Shown here: positions 1-11,611 of the stretch, piece by piece
Layout: every line of letters begins with the position of its first letter
Numbering within the stretch: the stretch's first letter is position 1
Assembly: GCA_028023455.1 (NCBI GenBank)
Contig: JAQFVV010000003.1
Coordinates: 7,192,001 to 7,256,000, forward strand
Direction of reading: 5' to 3'
Length of the DNA stretch: 64,000 nt
Source: Epiperipatus broadwayi
Lineage: Eukaryota; Animalia; Onychophora
The notes under the pieces: model-generated
What the model saw: only the letters and a program-made list of their open reading frames with translations
What the model was told of the DNA's origin: nothing
The model's database searches: none
Made by a program: the position numbers and the translations under genes

Positions 1-994
1 TAATTTTTCTAATAAACAACCTGAATTTTTTTGAACATTTATAACTAAATCAAAGTCTTTATGCAACCAACAGTTCATTCTGTAGATCAATTTTGAATTG
101 GAAGGATAACAATCACTGGCATATTGTAAATTCAGAAATAAAAATGATGTTCTTTTTTTTCTTTTGTTTCATGTTAAAATTTCCACAACCAAATCTGCAT
201 TCCATGTTGATCTCTGATTCAAGAAGCCATCTATAAATAGTTTCAAAAACCATTCATAAAAATTGTAAACAAAATTAAAGTTAGTAAGTGCATATTCTGA
301 ATTAACACTAGTTTTTATTTCAAACATTTTATATTTTTGATAATTCCACTTATTCCATCATGAAGAAGCAATACAATACAGATATATAACAAATAAATTC
401 ACATACACAACTTCCTGATCATTTACCCTGTTTATTTAACAACTTGGAATTCTTTTAACTTCTTTGCAATCATTTTTTAAGTATTCCACATCTTATATAA
501 TTATAGCTCTCCATTGTGTTCCTACCTTAGAAAATTTCTTCCCTGAAAACACCTCTTTAGTATATTTTTGAGTCAATCTTTAATATATAGTTTTCTTATC
601 TCATGAAAATCAGGTTCAAGTTCACATAAAATATTTTTTAGGAAATCTATTACCATTCATTAATTTCAAATCCCAATTCAAAAAATATGAACTCTTAATG
701 ATAGCAAATTCATTATCATCATACCCAGCTAACTGAAGTATATGCAATTGCTTTTAGAATATCGCCAGTGTATTTTTAAAACCTTACAAACTTTTAAAAA
801 AAAAATCCAGTTCATTTATATTATATCAATATATGTTCCACTTGCATTCAATAAATAAAATAAAATAATAACTTTATAAATATAAATTGAGGTTTATTAT
901 GATGTTGAAATACTTATCTTAATTTGTTAATAATTGAAACACACAGGCTTATTATATACCTGTGTCTGTATATGTAATATATAGGGCAATCTGG

Positions 995-1038
995 ACCAAC
1001 TGATAATTGCTGGTTTAGCATGAAATACGTATATTAGT
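995..1038 (+). ncRNA. Minimal type I hammerhead ribozyme, family A, decayed (G8>A)
   Basis: ACCAA-CTGATAA-T-TGCT-ggttt-AGCA-T-GAAA-TACGTAT-A-TTAGT. Two differences from the intact copy at 54889-54932, one in the core. Confidence 0.75.
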
Positions 1039-1085
1039 GATTATTTATCTTTTCAACATATATGTGTCCAAGTGTATCAGTGTTA

Positions 1086-1802
1086 AACAATTCAAAACAA
1101 AACAACACTCTCCATATAGTAGTGCCATCTTGTGCTAACAAGAGCAATCAATGGATGCCAGAAGGCTTGTGCATAAAATCCCTATCTAGTGCCTACTCAT
1201 CCAATATCCCCAGACTAGTTTCTGGCTTGTGGCCTTCATCAGTGAGGAGCCTTGGATCTGAGAGCACTGCACCTAGATCTTAGGATCTAATGCAACCCTC
1301 CAGCACCCACCTTTTAACTCTATTTAACTACAAAACTATGAGAATGAAATTGAAAACACTATTAATATTTTCAATCCAAGCTCAATAGCTTATATAGTCA
1401 TATGGGTCTGAACTCAATTCAGTACCCATACATTTTGGTGTCTTTGGCTCTTCAACAACCATAGCCACCACTATCCTATTAGGCAGGATTGGTATTAAAC
1501 CACTAAACATCACATGATCACTATCTCATACTAGCACAATAATTGTTATTAAACAATTCAAAACAAAACAACACTCTCCATATAGTAGTGCCATCTTGTG
1601 CTAACAAGAGCAATCAATGGATGCCAGAAGGCTTGTGCATTATTTTATTATTTTATTATTTTATTATTTTATGCACAAGCCTTCTGGCATCCATTGATTG
1701 CTCTTGTTAGCACAAGATGGCACTACTATATGGAGAGTGTTGTTTTGTTTTGAATTGTTTAATAACAATTATTGTGCTAGTATGAGATAGTGATCATGTG
1801 AT
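1086..1802 (-). mobile_element. HHR short retroelement family B: about 1.2 copies of a 466-bp monomer plus a 133-bp inverted duplication
   Basis: 1086-1174 is repeated at 1552-1640 (period 466). 1508-1640 and 1671-1803 are perfect inverted arms. 12-bp TSD. Homologous copies at 13091-13489 and 42588-42674. Confidence 0.85.
1208..1247 (-). ncRNA. Minimal type I hammerhead ribozyme, family B, intact core
   Basis: Minus strand CCTCA-CTGATGA-A-GGC-cacaa-GCC-A-GAAAC-TA-GTC-TGGGG. 5-bp stem I, palindromic stem III ACTAGT, GUC cleavage triplet (cut between 1213 and 1212). Confidence 0.85.
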
Positions 1803-3120
1803 GTATCAGTGTTATGAGATAGTGTGGAGAGTGGTGGGGCATGTGAAAGTCTGTGCTCGTATTACTTAATTTGTTAAATGTAATATTACAGCACTAATAT
1901 ATATATATTAATTTGAATATTTTTTACAAATAAAAAAATGATTTTTTATGTCTGATGATAGAGTTTTCAATCAAATAATCTTAAGCAATCATATATATAT
2001 ATGTTACAAGTTATAAATGTATTTCAGCAAGAAAGAATCCAAATAATTCTACTGCTAGGAAATTGATGTTAAAAAGAATTCCCTGCAAAACTGAACACAT
2101 TGCATCCAAATCATGCATTATAATGCAGAAATTATGTCCGCAGATATTCTACAAAGTTAAAGGAAATGGAAATCATATGTAATAAATCATGCGTAGATTT
2201 TTGAGATTATCTCATTATAATACAGTGATAAGTTTAATAATATTTATTTTATTTTACTTTTACCCCTATGTGTGTCTGTATTCTAATGATCTTCCAAATC
2301 CATATTCTTAATGAAATATTGTGAAATAACAATTATTTGTTATTGTCTATGGCTCAATAGTTTATAATAAAAGAATAAAGCTTTTGTTATTCTTCAAATA
2401 TCCAATTTTCCAATTATATTTTTATAACATTTTTCTTTAAGTTAATTACTAAAAATATGAAAACAAAGACATGTAAATAATATTTATACACTATTTATAT
2501 TATCATTATAATAAAGATAAAAACAAAATGAGAAGCATATTGAAAATCTAATTGAATGTTAAAATAAACAAAACACACACGCTCACACAAAATAAAAATG
2601 GGTTAAAAATATGCAATTCTTTTTGTTTTTATCAGAGTTATAATAATAATATAGATAGTAAATGAATATTGTTTGTACTTTTTATATTATGATATATATT
2701 TTTTATAATTTTAATTATTATCTTAATAAAGATTACAATGATATGTTAAAATTTATTCCTATTTGATGCTGAAAAATAAACAAATTTTTTGAAGAATGTG
2801 TTATTTTTTCATTCTAAATTATTACTTTTGAATAAGATTAGTAAAAGAAAGAGTATGTATTATTATTACAAATTGGTTTATTATATCTGGCCTTCAAGTT
2901 CATGTTTCAATACAATTTTTTATATCATCAAATCATTTTCATCTTGAATTCTACTGTGTATTCTCTGCTATATTTTCTGAATGAAAACACTCAATTATTG
3001 CACCTTTTTAGAATATTTTTGAGGTAATCTGCATACTCAGTTACTGACTATTGGGCTATTTAGTAACTAACACAGTTAAACATTACAATATAAAGAATAA
3101 TTGCCTACAAGACATTTTCA

Positions 3121-3742
3121 ACAAGTTATTTCAGGCCATTTCTTTTTATCATCAGTTGGCCAAATGAATTCAGATTTTGTCAATGACTCTACATTTATTC
3201 AGCATCATTATTAATTGCTTTTCTGCTAACAGATTCCACACACTTATTTAAGAGTGTTTTCATAACAACATCTATTATTATCTTAAATTCCAGTTTTCTA
3301 TATTATCAGTCATCTTTATAATGATAGATCTTACAACTGATTCTTTAGTTATTTCCTCTATGTCAGCCATACATTATTCACAAAGACAAATTTTCCCTGT
3401 ATGATTTAAATTCAATGGGTAGCAGATCTGGAGAGTTAAAGTCATGAATTGTGGCCTATTTCTGACACTTAAGTTACTTAAGTGTCATAAACAGGCCACA
3501 ATTCATTACTTAAGGGTCAGAAATAGGCCACTATCCATGGACTTTAACTCTCCAGAACTGCAACCCATTGGATTTAAATCATACTGGAAAAATTTGTCTT
3601 TGTGAATAATGTAGACTAATGTAGAGGAAATAACTAAAGAATCACTTGTAAAATCTTATGACTGATAATATGGAAAACTGAAAGTTAAGTTAATAATAGT
3701 AATAGATGTTATTATGAAAGCACTCTTAAATAAGTGTGTGGA
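3121..3742 (-). mobile_element. Fold-back insertion: about 240-bp diverged inverted arms (3235-3474 / 3508-3742) with a decayed HHR-like motif at 3121-3159
   Basis: Arm homology seen directly. Minus strand CCAA-CTGATGA-T...T-GAAA-TAAC-TTG resembles the family A core. Left boundary and TSD not found. Confidence 0.6.
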
Positions 3743-5303
3743 TATATATATATAATATGATTAATAAAAAATTTCAAATATTTAAAAAAAATTAATACAA
3801 GACAAACTTTTTTTACTTTTTTAATTAACTATTTAATTTTATTCAAAACAATATGTTTTATGTGTAATTTATTTTACATTTTTTCATACATATTTTAATC
3901 ATTATCGATTTGACAATATGTGGGTTTGTTTGTGAACTGGTAAGAAATCAGATCCATCATAAGAGGAAGTACAATTAGCACCACCTTCAATCTCATGCTG
4001 TGTTAATGATTTTCTGTCAACAATGTAATCAGTGATTAAACTTTGAGACAATGATTTTACTAATTGTTTATAAAGCTCATGATATCCAGACATACAACTA
4101 TTTAGCTCTCATTGGAATTTAAGATCTCATTCATAATTTGTGTCATTAACCCTTCCACATTGCAGCAAACTCTCTCAGATTTCAACATTGTCTGATGTTT
4201 TTCTTTGTCTCACACATCAATGTAAAATGTATGATTAAATGATTATTACTTATCAGAAAATAATAAATTTGACTTCATTTGATAGATATTCTTGTTTACT
4301 ACTGAAATAAATTTTAAATGTTCACATTTTGTTTCTATAAATATTTAAAAATGAGATTGAAATCAAAACAAAAAGATTACACATCATCATTTCTAGAAAG
4401 ATTATTTTCAGTTTACAAAACCAATGAAATCTTCATTATTTCTGATTATTTTTAAAACTCCGAAGGAATATTTATTTATTTCTGTTATATCTAACAAAAA
4501 TATGTTTTAAAAGTTTAAAATTTTTGATATTTATTGCAAAATTATAATATTTTATACTCATAAATATAAGTACATTGTTTACCTAGAAGCTAAGCTTCTA
4601 AATAGCTTTGGGCCATATTCACATTAGCTTCTAATATAACATTATATTTTTGAAAATAAAGTATTTCAAGTCAAAATAAGTTATTAATAATTTATATTTC
4701 TTAATATCTAATAAATATAATGAAATATGAACTTCTTTATTGCATAAAAAGATATTAAGAAGAAACATGAATCTCATAACTTCAAAATCGCATTAAAAAA
4801 TCTGCACAAAAAGAGATCCAGGTGTATTTCTAAACTTGTGATTTAATTTTTATTTTAATTAAAAATTTTATAAATAATTTTATGTGCATTCTGTATAATA
4901 GATTTCAATATTATTAAATAAATGCACTGAAACATAAAAAAATGTATAACATATGTTTTTAAAATGTTACAAGTGAAAAAAAAAAAAACCTTTCATGATA
5001 TCAATACTAGGAACAATATCAAAAAGTATACAAATATTCTTCATTAAAAAATAAAATTAATTACATTCAAAACTATTAACAATTTTTTTACTATTTTATT
5101 TTTTTTAAAAAAAAAAACTAATCAAAAAGGTTCATTAAATAAATATTTTTTAAAAAAACTGATTAAAAATTGTAATGTAATTCTAAAATTAAAATGCAAA
5201 AATAAATTGCTAAAGATTTTGTGTATCAAGGAATGTCCAAGTATTACTGGGAACAAATGTTATCACATGATCATAATACTAACCTGCCTAAATATAACAT
5301 ATA

Positions 5304-5484
5304 TAAAACTAATAAATATAATGGTAATTAAGTATTATATACAGTCTTTCAATCTACAGAAGTACTTTCAGTTAATTGCTTAATTCTTTAACCTACCTCA
5401 ACTGTCGTTAAATGGACAGAAAGTACTTCTGTGGATTGAAAGATTGTATACAATAGTTAATTACCATTACATTTATTCGTTTTA
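5304..5484. repeat. Inverted repeat, about 66-bp arms (5304-5369 / 5419-5484), 49-bp spacer
   Basis: AATAAATATAATGGTAATTAAGTATTATATACAGTCTTTCAATCTACAGAAGTACTTTC matches the reverse complement of the right arm with about 6 mismatches. Confidence 0.8.
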
Positions 5485-6505
5485 CTGTTATTGTAATTAG
5501 TTTTTTAGTTGATGGACATTTTATTTGTATATATATTAAAACTGAAACAAAATCCAATATAAATTTTATAAGGTAGTGGGAGAATTAAATCAAATAAGAA
5601 TCTTGTAATATTTGTGCTTCCCAATATATTTCTTTTTGAAAACACTAAAGTAATTTTTTTTCTTTATATTTATGCTTTTTAGCTATGATTATATAATGAT
5701 GAAAGATTTTCATTACATTAAGCAATCATTATCAGGCTTATCTTAAATCTTTTTATGAGAAAAGAATGATAATATTTAGAACAAGAGACGCATTATACAA
5801 TCATACTAATATTAACAAAGATTATTGATTTTCTAAAATAATATTAAGAAAGTGAGAAGCAATTAGCAAACTAACAATAATGATTAAGTTAGTTCTACCT
5901 GCTTTTAAACAAAGAATGCAATATACATTTATACACAATAAAAAAAACATACATATAAAAAAAACAGTTATTAATTCTAAATGGATATAATAATTTCTAT
6001 TGTATGATTTCCTATTTTTATTTCCAGCTGGGGGAAATATCACTTGGACAATGCCATTTGAGTGCTTAAACGGCATGTGATCTTTTAAAAACCTAATCAT
6101 ATGATTTTTTTTTATTTATTTAATAAATAAAATGAATTAATAGTTAAATCTATATCACTTCAATTGCAAACTGTAATAGCTTAATAACCTAATATATAGA
6201 GATATGTTTATAGTGAATATTTAATAATGATAATCTCTGGTCAGTTCTGATTAAATAATTTACAAATTCTGATGAACTTCCTCATTGTTATTGCAACATA
6301 TTAAACTATAGTTATAAACATGTGATGCCTAAATCATAGAAAAAACATTAAAAATAAATAAAATAATGAGAAATAGTTGCAAAGCCAATTCATTTGTCTT
6401 TCTAATGCATTTCTTAAATGAAAAAAAGTTTAACTAAAGCAAACAGCATCATATTATTCATATGCATGCAGATAAGTCATTAAATTAGAACAAACAACTC
6501 TAAAT

Positions 6506-6999
6506 CAGGAGTGTCCAGTCTGCAATCTGAAGGCCAAATGTGTACAGGATGATATGAATGTGACCCAATACAAAATTGTAAACTTATTTAAAAGATTGAT
6601 ATTTTTTGTAATTACATATACCATGTGATTAAAATAAATCTATGTAAACATTGATACAATGTTCAATATTCAACTAGTTTTTATGTTTCCCTCTTTTACT
6701 TTTATGATAGAAATAAAAAACATCAATGATGTTTTAATATTTAGATACGTACATTTCTTTTATTTAATGACTACAAACTTAGAATCTGCTTGATGATTTT
6801 AAACGATTCTCTGAATAAGTTGTTGAATTATTAGAATTTAAGAACTTTTTTGCTTATTTGGGATGGTGATATTAAGAAAATTATGCATGATATTTTTTTG
6901 GCTTATAGCTTTTGGTAATGCTTCTATTTTAATGTATGGCCCAAAACAACTCTTCTTTTTTTAATATGGCCAGAGATGCCAAAAAATCTAACAGTTCTG
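6506..6999 (-). mobile_element. hAT-Charlie non-autonomous element (MER30-like) with extra internal sequence
   Basis: Termini CAGGAGTGTCCA...CAGTTCTG. 8-bp TSD CTCTAAAT (6498-6505) / TTCTAAAT (7000-7007) fits the Charlie NTCTARAN target. Both ends resemble my recollection of the MER30 consensus. Confidence 0.75.
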
Positions 7000-7527
7000 T
7001 TCTAAATATTAGGATATTTAAATAAATTGTTAAATAGATGGCAAGAAATAATAAATTGCACTACTGATAATCTAGTATTATCTTAATTATAAAATTCCTT
7101 TTACTTTAATTATTTCAAATTATCTTTAGTCAAAAAACATAGTATGTTTGCATATACACAATTAAGAAGAGAAAAATCAGTTTCCCTCAAGCTATAAACA
7201 AATAGCACTGTAAGTATTGATCAAAGGATCAGGAATAGAATAAATCCACCTATTCTTGGAGCATTTGATATTTATTTATAAGCTTACCTTTGTCAACCTT
7301 GATAAGAGTAAATTTATTTTATTAGCCAGCTGTAATATAGCATTTAGTAATTATTAGACTAATAATCAACTAAACAAGAATAGAAATAAAATCTTTTTTT
7401 AATAACTTTGTTTTTAATAATTAAATATAATTTAATAAATGTAAATATGAAATTAACATAGTGTAATGTATATGTAATTAAGAGCAGAAAACCGATTTTT
7501 CTTAAGTCAAGAACAAATAACACTCTA

Positions 7528-8390
7528 TGAGGGGGTACACCAAAGTAACCAGAATTTAATAATAAAAAATTGTTTATTTATCTTTAAATGTTATAAATTT
7601 AATTGCCTACAAAAAACTCTTCATTTAATGCTATACACCAATCTAAAAATACTTTTCACTTTTTGAAGTTACCAAGTAAAGCCTTTTAATGCCATATGAT
7701 TTTTTCCTTCACCACTTCTAAGCCACAAAAAAAAAATTGAGACATTTTTCCATTTGGGAGAATTTTAAAAAAATCACATGTTTAGAGATTGAGTAAATAT
7801 GGCTGATAGATAAACTTTGTCATGCTGAATTTACTTAAAAAGTGTTCACATTCAAGGCTTTGAGTACAGACACATTGTTTGCACTCCTCGCTTTACTACA
7901 AAATGGAATGTTTACATTTAACTTCATTACACCAATGTTTCAGAACTTATAGATAAAATGTTTGACCATTACAAACTAATTCTGAGAGAAAAATGCTATT
8001 TGCATTTAAAAAATCAGCATTGTCTTGACATTGCATTTCACTCACCACACTTTTTGGGGAGATGTGGGAATTTGCTACTTTCATTAAACCATTGATAAAG
8101 AACAACATGCTTGTAATCTGTTTCAAGCATTACAATTTTGTTCACTACAGTTTTTCTGAAAGAAAACAGAATTTCAAATTATTCCAAGCTTTCAGTCATT
8201 GCAAAAATCAACAAATATGCAAAATACACTTTACAAAAAAATGCTACGTGGCACCACAGTTTCACATGATGACATCATTTGAAAGATTGATGCAGAAGGA
8301 TACTCACAAGAAATATGTAGCAACAGAAGCATGTATGACAATAGGTACATTTATCAAAGAACAATTCTGGTTACTTTTGAATCCATTTTA
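7528..8390 (-). mobile_element. Internally deleted, decayed mariner transposon
   Basis: TIR core AAAGTAACCAGAATT (about 7542-7556) and AATTCTGGTTACTTT (8363-8377). Minus-strand remnants NLKFCFLSEK (N-terminal HTH), QPYLLNL*TCDFF (YSPDLAP-CDF motif) and a NEEFF-like C-terminus. Confidence 0.8.
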
Positions 8391-8989
8391 TATGTTGTTT
8401 TTATATTTATGCTTATTAAATTATATTTAATAATAATTAAATGGTTAGTCCTTTATAAAATCATATATTTTGATTATCAAAGAGTAAAAGATTGAGCTTT
8501 AATAAAGATAACTTTTTAATTCTCAAAAGGAGTCTTGTATTTATTAAAGTTCAATTTGTCATTTTTGATGCTCAAACATTATATAACTTACCAAGCAACT
8601 AACCATCTGATTATTATTTATTAATATACATTGTTTAATAACAACACAATTTACAAGCATATTTTTGGTGAGTTAGTAACATGACTAAATGATGCATGTT
8701 GAAGGATAATTAAGAATTAATATACATTATTATAATATCTAGAATTCAGGATTTATTATAAATATGTAATGTATGAGTGAATATAAAATGCTTGGGTTAA
8801 GTATTAGATTATTTTTTTTATTTTACATTATCTATTTTTGAAATTTATTCCTAATTCAATAAAGATAGTATGCTTCATTTTTCATCTAAACAACAAGGAA
8901 ATATATTCTGAATATAAACTTTGACAATAATAAACTAAAATAAAATCCTACCCTATGTTATTTATAAATACCATAAACTAACTTATCTT

Positions 8990-9545
8990 CTTAAAAATCT
9001 GGCTGCCATTATTTGAAGTTGTGTTGGAAGAACTTTATAGACACTTTCTTAGCACTTGCATATTTTTCTGGTGAATATAGTATTTCTGATAGAAAAATAT
9101 CCACATTAAACTTCTGAATATTCAATTAAATATTATTGACACAATCAACTCTACTCCTTTGTGAAGACTTTCTATTTTTTCACACATTCCTCCATTCACT
9201 ATCAGAAAAGAAATTACCTCACAGACAGTATATAAAAAGCTTTTAAATAGATCAGATTTACTAATAACTTAGGATATAGTTTCATCACTTATATAAGATC
9301 TTCTATTTGGATGTTCAACCCAGAATAATGGTGTAAAAAATACAATTCTTATGAGATTCCAAATAAATTTTTTTTTGCAGATCCAACAATAAAACCTTCT
9401 GGATTTGACCTTCCTACACACAATTGGAGTCTCATCAGATTCAGGACAATAGATGGAATTTAACAGACACTGATTTATGTGCATATATGTGGACAGACAT
9501 AAACTGAGAATAGCATTGTTAATGACTGTAAAATCTATGGCTAAA
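8990..9545 (+). mobile_element. Decayed 3' portion of a non-LTR retrotransposon ORF2 (clade not resolved)
   Basis: Frame-broken remnants ALAYFSGEYS, HIKLLNIQLN, PTIKPSGFDLPTHNWSLIRFRT and SIVNDC match the PGFDLPR..W..LNR.RT..HIV..C type of LINE C-terminus. Confidence 0.7.
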
Positions 9546-10627
9546 GTGACAAAATTGCAGAACTTAACAAAGCCACCAGTGAATTTATCTCCTGTTGCAA
9601 TTTTTAAGATTCCTTTATGGTATGTGTGTGTGCCCATTTAAGTTACAATTGACTAAAACAATAGAATTTCTATATATGTAAGTAAAAATTGGTTTGATAA
9701 TTTTACCATGTTTATCAGTTGCACAAACTTCTGGCTTAAATTGATGGATATATTTTTTATCTTAAGTACATATATAATCAAAAAGAAATGGACTGAAATT
9801 TTAACTTTGTTTATAATATTATAAGTTTACGTGTGTTTAGGAATGCATCTCTCAGTAAATGCAATAATTATTCATTATTTGAACATACATATATATATAT
9901 TAAATGTAGACATATAAAAAAAAATAACTAGTAGTAGGATTATAACATGTGATTTAAGAGAAATTATATCATCTTTGTTTTAAACTATACAATTAAAAAA
10001 TATTTCAATTAAAAAGCTATTGTCTTATATAATAGACATATTAGTGACTCACTAATTTTTGACAATATTGTACTTCTTTTTTTTTTATTCCATTTTTAAA
10101 TTTTCAATGTAATGTTGTTTCATTTTTAACAATCTAGCAGTCTTCCTCAGGGCTTTAAACTGCACATTATTTAGGAAATATTAAAAGTAAAAAAAGAAAA
10201 AGTATAAGATTTTGTTATATATAATTATTGAAAACAAAATAGTGATTCTTAATATTATCTTTAAACAATTAAATGTCAATAAATTAAAATTATATATTCA
10301 ACAAATTTCTTAGATGAAATTTATTTATAGAGTAATAAATATCTAGTAACAAAATGTAAAGAAATGCTGGGGAAAAAAGATTCTTTTCAGCTATTATATC
10401 AAAAATTAGTAACAATTAAGTATTTCAAATAAAAAATAAACAAAAATGATTTACTAACTTGTGATGTTGATAAAAAGAATAAACAAAACTTTAATTTTAT
10501 AATGAGTGAATATATTGTGCTTACAATAATAAATTGATGAAATAATGTTAATAATAATAAAGATAATATAGTGAACTTTCCATCTATTGGTTTTTGAGAT
10601 AATGGATAAAATAAATGGCAGAAACAT

Positions 10628-10690
10628 TTTTTTTATGCGTCAAATGCGTTGTACCGGGAAGCGAACCCGGGCCAGCTGCTTGGAAGGCAG
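10628..10690 (-). pseudogene. 5'-truncated retroposed tRNA-Gly(TCC) copy with TTTGACGCAT trailer and A8 tail
   Basis: Minus strand CTGCCTTCCAAGCAGCTGGCCCGGGTTCGCTTCCCGGTACAACGCA is the 3' half of tRNA-Gly(TCC). TSD GGCAGAAACAT at 10617-10627 and 10686-10696. Confidence 0.85.
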
Positions 10691-10894
10691 AAACATATTC
10701 CTACTAAAAATTACAGACAATAACAATTTAATGATTATACATTCAAACACAAGTAAAGTATAACTTATATTTTATAATTCAAAACATTCTACATCTATTA
10801 AATCTAATTATAATATTTCTATATATATATACACATTAATAATATTTGTATGGCATTTCAAATGTTAAAAAAAAAAAAACTATTTATATTTTTA

Positions 10895-11611
10895 CATTCG
10901 AATATCAGCCTTTCAAGCTAATTGTGCAAACGCTTTGAGAGTGTTAATAATAAATGAATACTTTCTCACCAATACAAGATATAGTATTTATGCAGGAATA
11001 AAAGGAATCCTCTTATCCCTACAACTCAAATATTTATATATGAGCAAATCTGAAGTACTGGCAAAGAAAGTGTGACGATAGAACAGTCACTTTAAATTAC
11101 TCTATACGATGTCTGAATGAATGACGTCGATGAAATTGTCTAGAATTTACTAAATGGCATTCCAACTGAAACTTAATCATATATAAATAAGCATTTATTT
11201 TATATAGCATCTGTATACAATTGTATTTACATTAGAATATCAGCCTTTCAAGCTAATTGTGCAAGTGCTTTGCGAGTGTTAATAATAAATGAATACTTTC
11301 TCACCAATACAAGATATAGTATTTATGCAGGAATAAAAGGAATCCTCTTATCCCTACAATTCAAATATTTATATATGAGCAAATCTGAAGTACTGGCATA
11401 AAAAGCGTGATGATAGAACAGTCACTTTAAATTACTCTATAAATACTATATCTTGTATTTTTATTACTGAATAAATACTATATCTTGTATTGGTGAGAAA
11501 GTATTCATTTATTATTAACACTCGCAAAGTGTTTGCACAATTAGCTTGAAAGGCTGATATTCGAATGTAAATACAATTGTATACAGATGCTATATAAAAT
11601 AAATGCTTATT
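10895..11611 (-). mobile_element. Family F: about 1.6 copies of a 335-bp monomer plus an inverted duplication, no intact HHR seen; strand inferred from architecture
   Basis: 10891-11106 repeats at 11226-11441. 11471-11614 is the reverse complement of 11183-11326. 14-bp TSD TATTTATATTTTTA at 10881-10894 and 11612-11625. Confidence 0.8.

Larger units (their letters stand above)
985..1858 (+). mobile_element. HHR short retroelement family A (about 140 bp; 985-1085 plus 1815-1858), split by a family B insertion
   Basis: Joined halves are the reverse complement of 54806-54942. GTATCAGTGTTA is duplicated at 1074-1085 and 1803-1814 around the B insertion. Confidence 0.8.

Noticed and set aside
1-790. 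Possible LINE C-terminal remnant on the minus strand
   Set aside because: Only scattered short motifs (RFPKK, WLKNIL-like); no reliable alignment by eye.
1062-1283. 73-aa ORF and other short ORFs over repeats (e.g. 24713-25077, 26496-26858)
   Set aside because: They lie inside non-coding HHR elements and have no recognisable domains; chance ORFs.
3902-4093. 63-aa minus-strand ORF with protein-like composition
   Set aside because: In-frame stop 18 nt upstream, no convincing splice acceptor and no recognisable domain.
6028-6080. Possible exon after TTTTTATTTCCAG reading GGNITWTMPFECLNGM*
   Set aside because: Good acceptor, but no clear donor and no partner exons; cannot be supported without RNA-seq.
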